A stretch of 12,388 bases of DNA from an uncultured Acidobacteriota bacterium (GTDB lineage Bacteria; Acidobacteriota; Terriglobia; UBA7540): the NCBI GenBank assembly GCA_964481715.1, contig CAYZVR010000027.1:8621-21008 (forward strand). The letters run 5' to 3'. Each line of letters begins with the position of its first letter. Positions within the stretch are counted from its first letter, which is position 1. A program made the position numbers and the translations under genes. This document shows, piece by piece, positions 7,444 through 12,388 of this stretch. The notes beneath the pieces were generated by a model. It was not told the DNA's origin, did no database searches, and worked only from the letters and a program-made list of their open reading frames with translations.

Positions 7444-8100
7444 TTGAAGCGCCGCGGCATTTTTATCACTCTCGAAGGAATGGACGGCAGCGGAAAGAGC
7501 ACTCAGCATCGCTTGCTCGTGAAGTACCTCGTCAAGCTGGGGCTGCCCGTCAGGGCCACGCGTGAGCCGGGCGGGACTCGGATCGGCGAAAAAATCCGCG
7601 CCGTCCTCCTGGGATCAGCCACCAAGAAGCTTTCGCCGCACGCTGAGCTCGCTTTGATGTATGCCGCTCGGGCCGAACACCTGGAGGAGGTGGTCCGGCC
7701 GGCGCTCGCCCGTGGCGAGATCGTCGTAAGCGACCGGTACAACGACGCGTCGTTCGCCTATCAAGGGTACGGTCGTCGGCTCGGACCCGCTGCGGTACGC
7801 GCGCTGGATCGAGTGATCTGCGGGCCAACCCAGCCTGACCTGACGCTGGTCCTCGACCTTCCCGCACGCGATGCCCTGGCGCGAGCCCAGGGGCGCGAGA
7901 AGCGACGGAAGTCCCGGCGAGGACGGTTCGAAGCCGAGGGGTTGAAGTTCCACGAACGCGTACGCAGGGGATATCTTGCCATTGCTCTCAGCGACTCACG
8001 GCGCGTCAAACTGATTCCGGCCGACCAATCACTGGCGGAAGTCCAGGCGAATCTTCGAGGGCATGTCAGGGCTCTTTTGATCCGTTGTGGAAGACTATGA
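7444..8100 (+). CDS. tmk: Thymidylate kinase (dTMP kinase)
   Basis: GIFITLEGMDGSGKST P-loop at the expected position a few residues from the N-terminus. DRY(NDAS) motif and LID region RRLGPA...RFE present. I favour the TTG start at 7444, which has AGGAAG 6 nt upstream. The in-frame ATG at 7354 (GAGGA upstream) would add 30 R-rich residues with atypically AT-rich codons and overlaps the predicted promoter. The track ORF from 6688 is an antisense read-through of yggS. The TGA stop overlaps the holB ATG (ATGA, 8097-8100). Confidence 0.8.
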   Translation: MKRRGIFITLEGMDGSGKSTQHRLLVKYLVKLGLPVRATREPGGTRIGEKIRAVLLGSATKKLSPHAELALMYAARAEHLEEVVRPALARGEIVVSDRYNDASFAYQGYGRRLGPAAVRALDRVICGPTQPDLTLVLDLPARDALARAQGREKRRKSRRGRFEAEGLKFHERVRRGYLAIALSDSRRVKLIPADQSLAEVQANLRGHVRALLIRCGRL

Positions 8101-9212
8101 GCTTTGATTCCTTCCTGGGAAACGCTCTAGCCGTTCAATCGGTGCGCCAAATGCTTGCGAGGGGGCGCGTCCCCGGCGCTCTGTTATTTGCCGGCCCGGA
8201 CGGCGTCGGAAAGAAAACTCTCGCACTGATGCTGGCCAAGGCCTTGAACTGTGAGCGGCGCGGGGCGAATGGCGACGATTTTTGCGGAGAGTGCGGGAGG
8301 TGCCGCAAGGCCGAAGAAATGCTCGCCTCAACGCGTGAGGATTTGGAGAGGCGGCGCGCCCTCAAGGATTCCACCCGGCGCGTTGAAGGCCTGATCTACT
8401 TTGACGTGCAGCTCATTGAGCCCATCACGCGCTTCATATTGATTGAACAAATCCGCCAGCTCCGCAGCGTGGCCTATACACACGCGTTCGAGTTCCCGCG
8501 CCGTGTTTTCATCGTGGATCAGGCGCAGGCGGTTCACTGGCAGGCCGTGGATTTGTTGCTTAAAGTGCTCGAAGAGCCGCCACCCACGACGACCATGATT
8601 CTGATCTGTCCGAACGCCCACGAGCTGCGACCAACCATTCGGTCGCGGTGCCAGCAGATTCAGTTCGTCCCGGTCGACGACGCCGCAATCGAAAGCCTGA
8701 TTTCCCGGGAAGGCCGCATTGACAAAGCGCATCGGGCGCTCGCCGCTCGGATTGCGGGAGGGAGCGTAGCCAAGGCGCGGGCGTTCGACTTGCCCGAATT
8801 CCTGGGCCGCAGGCGACCCTGGCTGGATTTCTTGGAAAGCATCGCCGGAAAGGGCCGTGGTCAGGGAGCCGAACCGGACTGGAAAAAGCTGTTTGACTCA
8901 ACGCGCTCCCTTACCGAAAAGCGCGAAGGGTTTGAAGACACCCTGCGGACGGGGTACTCCTTGCTCCGCGATTTGATGCAGGTTCAGCTGGCCGGCAATG
9001 TTGAACGTGTTGCAAACGTGGACCTCCTTCCCGAGCTCAAGGCGTGGGCCGGTAGGCTCGACCTGGGGGGGATCGGAAAGCTCAAGACGGCGCTCGACCA
9101 GGCCTATCGCCTTCAGACTCGAAATGTGAACCAGCAACTCGGTCTGGACGCGCTGGCGACCGAGCTGGTGGAGAGCCGGCGCCCGTCTCCAGCCTCACCC
9201 TCCCGCCACTGA
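8097..9212 (+). CDS. holB: DNA polymerase III subunit delta' (clamp-loader AAA+ subunit)
   Basis: N-terminal Walker A-like GPDGVGKKTLA. Zinc-module cysteines CGECGRCRKAEEM. SRC motif (IRSRCQQIQF). Canonical tmk-holB synteny with a 4-nt overlap. ATG at 8097. The track begins at TTG 8085. Confidence 0.85.
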   Translation: MSFDSFLGNALAVQSVRQMLARGRVPGALLFAGPDGVGKKTLALMLAKALNCERRGANGDDFCGECGRCRKAEEMLASTREDLERRRALKDSTRRVEGLIYFDVQLIEPITRFILIEQIRQLRSVAYTHAFEFPRRVFIVDQAQAVHWQAVDLLLKVLEEPPPTTTMILICPNAHELRPTIRSRCQQIQFVPVDDAAIESLISREGRIDKAHRALAARIAGGSVAKARAFDLPEFLGRRRPWLDFLESIAGKGRGQGAEPDWKKLFDSTRSLTEKREGFEDTLRTGYSLLRDLMQVQLAGNVERVANVDLLPELKAWAGRLDLGGIGKLKTALDQAYRLQTRNVNQQLGLDALATELVESRRPSPASPSRH

Positions 9213-9431
9213 AGCCATCGCGGGGGAGGCCTTTGAACCGATCCGGGGCTGCCGACCGGCGGGAAAGGAAAAGGGGGTTGCGGAGCAGCGGGGCCTGTGC
9301 TAAGCTATTAGGTAGCCTTAACCTCTTTTGTAGCCGGGAATAGTTTTAATTCGCGAGAAACCGAGCCGCCCCAATTGTCATCATATTTAAGTATTGGGTG
9401 CCTCGATTCGAAATCTCTGGAGGAACTCTAA

Positions 9432-9812
9432 ATGTCAGCCCCCTCGGGAACGGGACGTAAGGAGCGTGAAATGGTTAACCGAAAACTGATTCGCCCGTCT
9501 TTGTCTGAGATTCAGGATCAAATGGGAGGCCGCGTCCAGCGGAAGAAGCCCACGCCGCCTGAACAGACCAGCGCCGAGAGTTTTTACTATATCAAGCAGA
9601 TGCAGGCGCGGACGCCGATGGTGGTAGTCTTGGAGACTGGAGAAACCATCCGCGGCGTCATCGAGTGGTACGACAAGAATTGCATCAAAGTTCATCGCGC
9701 GAACGAACCAAACCTGCTGATCATGAAGACCGCCGTTCGATACATGTACAAACAAAGCGAATCCCGGACCGGCTCAGACGGCGATTCCGGGAACGGAGCT
9801 GGAAACGAATGA
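9432..9812 (+). CDS. hfq: Hfq-like Sm-fold RNA-binding protein with about a 45-aa basic N-terminal extension and an acidic/Gly-rich C-terminal tail
   Basis: Core FYYIKQMQARTPMVVVLETGETIRGVIEWYDKNCIKVHRANEPNLLIMKTAVRYMYK aligns to the Hfq N-helix plus Sm1 (…NG.KL.G.IESFD.F.ILL) and Sm2 (YKHAIS) motifs. The ATG at 9432 has GGAGGA with 7-nt spacing. A second in-frame ATG at 9471 has AAGGAG with 6-nt spacing. The gene is not in the usual miaA-hfq-hflX context. The family call is from manual motif comparison only. Confidence 0.55.
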   Translation: MSAPSGTGRKEREMVNRKLIRPSLSEIQDQMGGRVQRKKPTPPEQTSAESFYYIKQMQARTPMVVVLETGETIRGVIEWYDKNCIKVHRANEPNLLIMKTAVRYMYKQSESRTGSDGDSGNGAGNE

Positions 9813-9886
9813 GATGCTGTCATGGTGCCGGTTCCGCCGGAAGGATTGACAGGGACCGGAGCCGCGAGCAAGGGGGGACTGGCCGT

Positions 9887-10300
9887 TTGAGCCGATCTGG
9901 TGCAATGGTCTTCGCCGTTGCGTCACTCTTTGCCGTATTTGCCATCCCCGGAGCGGTGTCGCCGCAACAGCCGAGTAAGCTCAGGGTTCCCAGTCTATCC
10001 AAGATTGAAGGGGGCAGCACGCGCCAGGCGTTTTCCGGCAAAGTGGAATCCCTGGACACCAAGCGCAAGCTTTTGAGCGTGAACCCCATCGAAGGCACCG
10101 GAACGGAAATTTTTCCGATTCGGAAATCCGTCCAGGTCGAGTCGCCAAACGGTAACAAGCTCGAGCTCTCTGAACTCAAATCCGGAAGAGACGTCATCAT
10201 TTACTACGAGCAAAAAGGGAGCCGCCGCACGGTCAAGGAGATTATCGTGCTGGATTCGGGCGCTGATAAGACCGAGAAGAAAGCGGCGCCACCTTCGTAA
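9887..10300 (+). CDS. Small secreted hypothetical protein (signal peptide MSRSGAMVFAVASLFAVFAIPGAVSP, about 110-aa mature beta-rich domain)
   Basis: Hydrophobic signal-peptide-like N-terminus followed by a hydrophilic K/E-rich domain. Candidate TTG start at 9887 with AGGGGGGA 8 nt upstream. Other in-frame starts are ATG 9905 and ATG 9809. The ATG at 9809 overlaps the hfq-like stop as ATGA but would add 32 R-rich residues before the signal peptide. Stop TAA at 10298-10300. Confidence 0.6.
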   Translation: MSRSGAMVFAVASLFAVFAIPGAVSPQQPSKLRVPSLSKIEGGSTRQAFSGKVESLDTKRKLLSVNPIEGTGTEIFPIRKSVQVESPNGNKLELSELKSGRDVIIYYEQKGSRRTVKEIIVLDSGADKTEKKAAPPS

Positions 10301-10394
10301 CGAGGGCCCATCCTCAAAACGTTCCCACGGCGGCGCGGTTCCGGGCAAAGCGCTCGCAAGGGTCCGAGACAGGCAGCCGATCCGGCCACTTTCC

Positions 10395-11525
10395 ATGAAA
10401 ATCGGGATTACCTGTTACCCCACCTATGGCGGAAGCGGTGTTGTGGCCACCGAGCTGGGCCTGGAACTGGCCGCCCGGGGGCACGACGTTCATTTCATCA
10501 GCTACGCCGTGCCGGTGCGCATGACGGAGCCCTCTGAGCGCCTCCACTTCCACGAAGTGGAGATGATGAACTATCCTTTGATCGACCATCCGCCTTACAC
10601 GCTGGCGCTCGCCACCATGATGTATAACGTGGCGGTCAACGAATCTCTCGACCTTCTGCACGTTCATTACGCCATCCCGCACTCCGTCAGCGCTTACCTG
10701 GCGCGCGCCATGCTCACGACGCGAAAGCTTCCCTTCGTCACTACCTTGCACGGCACTGACATCACCCTGGTCGGCGCCGACCGTTCGTACCTTCCCATAA
10801 CCCGTTTCTCGATCGATCAAAGCGATGGAGTCACGGCCATTTCCGAATACCTGCGACGGGTCACCCTGAGCGAATTCGAGGTTCGGCATCCCGTCGAGGT
10901 GGTGCCCAATTTCGTCAACTGCGACGTGTTCCAGCCCGCTGACGGCGATTCGCGCCGCTCGGAATTCGCGGACGACAAAGAAAAGGTGCTCGTCCATCTT
11001 TCCAATTTCCGGCCCGTCAAGCGCATCCCCGACGTCATCGAAATCTTCCATCTCGTACGGCAGAAGATCCCCGCCAAACTCCTGATGATCGGCGACGGTC
11101 CCGAGCGCACCACTGCGGAATGGATGGTCAGGGACAAGAAACTCTCCGAAGACGTGATTTTCCTCGGCAAACAGAACCAAGTGCAGGAACTCCTTAACTG
11201 TGCCGATGTCTTGCTGCTCCCCAGCGACCTTGAATCCTTTGGCCTGGCTGCCTTAGAAGGAATGGCCTGCGGCGTCCCGGCTGTTTGTTCTCGTGTGGGC
11301 GGAGTGCCGGAGGTCTTTACCGACGGTGTGGAAGGATTTCTGGTTGCGCCGAGGGATGTCAAAACCATGGCCGCGCGGGCGCTCGATATCCTTACCAGCC
11401 CCGAGCGGCGTGAACAAATGGGAAAGGCCGCGCGCCAGCGCGCCCTGACCCAGTTTTGTTCTACCAAGATCATCCCACTCTACGAAGACCTTTACCGTCG
11501 AGTGGTGGAAAATCGGCCGGCGTGA
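10395..11525 (+). CDS. bshA: GT4 glycosyltransferase BshA (N-acetyl-alpha-D-glucosaminyl L-malate synthase, bacillithiol biosynthesis)
   Basis: N-terminus MKIGITCYPTYGGSGVVATELGLELAARGHDVHFI closely matches the BshA signature (KIGITCYPSVGGSGVV.TELG..LAERGHE.HFI). The C-terminal GT-B fold has the EX7E-like motif (ESFGLAALEGMACGVP). Length 376 aa. Confidence 0.85.
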   Translation: MKIGITCYPTYGGSGVVATELGLELAARGHDVHFISYAVPVRMTEPSERLHFHEVEMMNYPLIDHPPYTLALATMMYNVAVNESLDLLHVHYAIPHSVSAYLARAMLTTRKLPFVTTLHGTDITLVGADRSYLPITRFSIDQSDGVTAISEYLRRVTLSEFEVRHPVEVVPNFVNCDVFQPADGDSRRSEFADDKEKVLVHLSNFRPVKRIPDVIEIFHLVRQKIPAKLLMIGDGPERTTAEWMVRDKKLSEDVIFLGKQNQVQELLNCADVLLLPSDLESFGLAALEGMACGVPAVCSRVGGVPEVFTDGVEGFLVAPRDVKTMAARALDILTSPERREQMGKAARQRALTQFCSTKIIPLYEDLYRRVVENRPA

Positions 11526-11610
11526 TCTCCGAAACAAATTTGAACCGCATAAATTCGCATTAATTCAGACAGCCACCGATAATTAAGTTGACTCGTTTCA
11601 GCCAGGAAGG

Positions 11611-11656
11611 TTTGAAAAGGGCGCTACGGAACGTGCGCGACCGGAACCTTTTCGAA
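11611..11656. terminator. Nested hairpin in a convergent intergenic region (possible bidirectional terminator or structured RNA)
   Basis: Outer 10-bp stem tttgaaaagg / ccttttcgaa, with one G.U pair. It encloses an inner hairpin gcgc-t-acg GAA cgt-gcgc. It lies 85 nt after the bshA stop and 29 nt after the minus-strand membrane-protein stop. Neither strand has a clear U-tract, so terminator function is uncertain. Confidence 0.3.
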
Positions 11657-11684
11657 AGACGATTGCTTGCCACTATCTGGGCGG

Positions 11685-12380
11685 CTAGACTTGGCGGGCG
11701 GGCCTCAGTGCACTAAGCGTCCAGGAAGCAATGCCCCAAATCAACAGCCCTGCGACCACGCCGCCAACCACTCCTCCCCCGAGCAATTCAAGGAGGCGAA
11801 CCGCCACCCGGCCTTCTGTTGGATCGAAGAAATGGGTCTTATAAAGAGGAGTTGCGCTGGCGAGCGCGGCCAGGAAGATCCAAGAACGCCAGACCCAACC
11901 CAGCACCAATGAGGGGACCATCAATTGCCGTGCTGAGACCAGGCCCATTCGCGGCCCAATCCCGCCGAGGTAGAGGGCGCCGAGTAAAACCCCTACGGTC
12001 GAGCTCCACGCCGAGGCGGTCGTCGGGGCAAAGTTCATGGCTTCAGCTGCAAAGCGCAACGTAACCAAGCCACCCAAAACGGCGCTTGGTGCGACGATGA
12101 TAGGCCATCGGTGGAGGAGAAACAGAAAGGCGAGCAAGCCGAAAACGATGGGGGAAGTTAAGACGCTTAGCGCAAGGTGGATGAGGGCATGCGTTCCCAG
12201 GTGCTGCCAATTCTGAAAACCGAATGGCGCGTCTGCAAAGTGGCTTCCCGGCAACCGCAATGCTCCCGAAACGAGCAGGGCCAGGGCATTCCATCCGCCC
12301 GCCCAAGCGGACACGACGAGCGCGGGTATCACCAATTGTCCGAATCTTGTGATCCCTCGAAGCGGCGCCACCGAGCCCAA
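11685..12380 (-). CDS. Hypothetical polytopic integral membrane protein (at least 6 TM helices)
   Basis: Strongly hydrophobic throughout, with GC-rich codons. An in-frame TGA sits immediately upstream of the TTG at 12378-12380, so the ORF is complete in the window. The exact start is uncertain: a GTG lies 3 codons in and no RBS is visible in the 8 nt available. No recognisable family motif. Confidence 0.5.
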   Translation of the reverse strand: MGSVAPLRGITRFGQLVIPALVVSAWAGGWNALALLVSGALRLPGSHFADAPFGFQNWQHLGTHALIHLALSVLTSPIVFGLLAFLFLLHRWPIIVAPSAVLGGLVTLRFAAEAMNFAPTTASAWSSTVGVLLGALYLGGIGPRMGLVSARQLMVPSLVLGWVWRSWIFLAALASATPLYKTHFFDPTEGRVAVRLLELLGGGVVGGVVAGLLIWGIASWTLSALRPARQV

Positions 12381-12388
12381 GTAAATCA

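Noticed and set aside
9213-9431. Possible tRNA, sRNA or riboswitch in the 219-bp holB/hfq-like intergenic region (contains a ...cctcgattcgaaatc... segment vaguely like a T-loop)
   Set aside because: No cloverleaf can be built: there is no acceptor stem complementarity and no GGTTCGAATCC-type T-arm. I could not place a convincing -35/-10 pair. I left it as an AT-rich, probably promoter-containing leader. Only RNA-seq or a covariance-model search could reveal an sRNA.
10314-11180. 288-aa minus-strand ORF antisense to bshA (also 10817..11473, 218 aa)
   Set aside because: Antisense to a well-supported, conserved glycosyltransferase frame. Its composition (H/D/G/R-rich) is consistent with a GC-driven spurious ORF.
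1-12388. Scan for CRISPR repeats, IS/transposase ends, integrase genes, or defence-system signatures
   Set aside because: No regularly spaced direct repeats, no terminal inverted repeats flanking a transposase-like ORF, and no nuclease/ATPase/methyltransferase gene pairs were found. The gene content is core housekeeping.

Overview
This ~12.4 kb window is high-GC bacterial chromosome with compact, mostly housekeeping genes. BshA plus flotillin/NfeD suggest an Acidobacteria-like or other bacillithiol-producing lineage, but I cannot confirm this without a search. Every gene from position 1 to 7269 is on the minus strand. The order in the transcription direction is yggS, then yggU, then a POT-family peptide transporter, then an M24 (prolidase/Xaa-Pro aminopeptidase) peptidase, then a TM2-like membrane protein. 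An AT-rich, repeat-dense region (3061-3195) follows. After it comes a 58-aa two-TM small ORF that is absent from the supplied ORF track, then an NfeD-like protein, then flotillin. The last minus-strand gene is a partial beta-carbonic-anhydrase-like gene that runs off the left edge. The yggS/yggU and yggU/transporter junctions overlap or abut (TAA-GG-TTG, GTGA). The plus-strand block from 7354/7444 to 11525 holds tmk overlapping holB (ATGA), a 219-bp AT-rich intergenic region, and a divergent Hfq-like Sm protein. That Hfq-like gene has about a 45-aa basic N-terminal extension and two strong SD/ATG candidates. A small secreted protein follows it, then BshA. A convergent minus-strand polytopic membrane protein closes the window (11685-12380). 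I found no CRISPR array, tRNA, rRNA or recognisable mobile element. I see no obvious defence or toxin system. The candidates for novelty are the orphan N-extended Hfq-like gene with its coupled secreted partner, the operator-like repeat array with the unlisted small ORF ahead of nfeD-floT, and the yggS-yggU-peptide-transporter-prolidase linkage. Several long ORFs in the track are antisense artefacts of high GC content.
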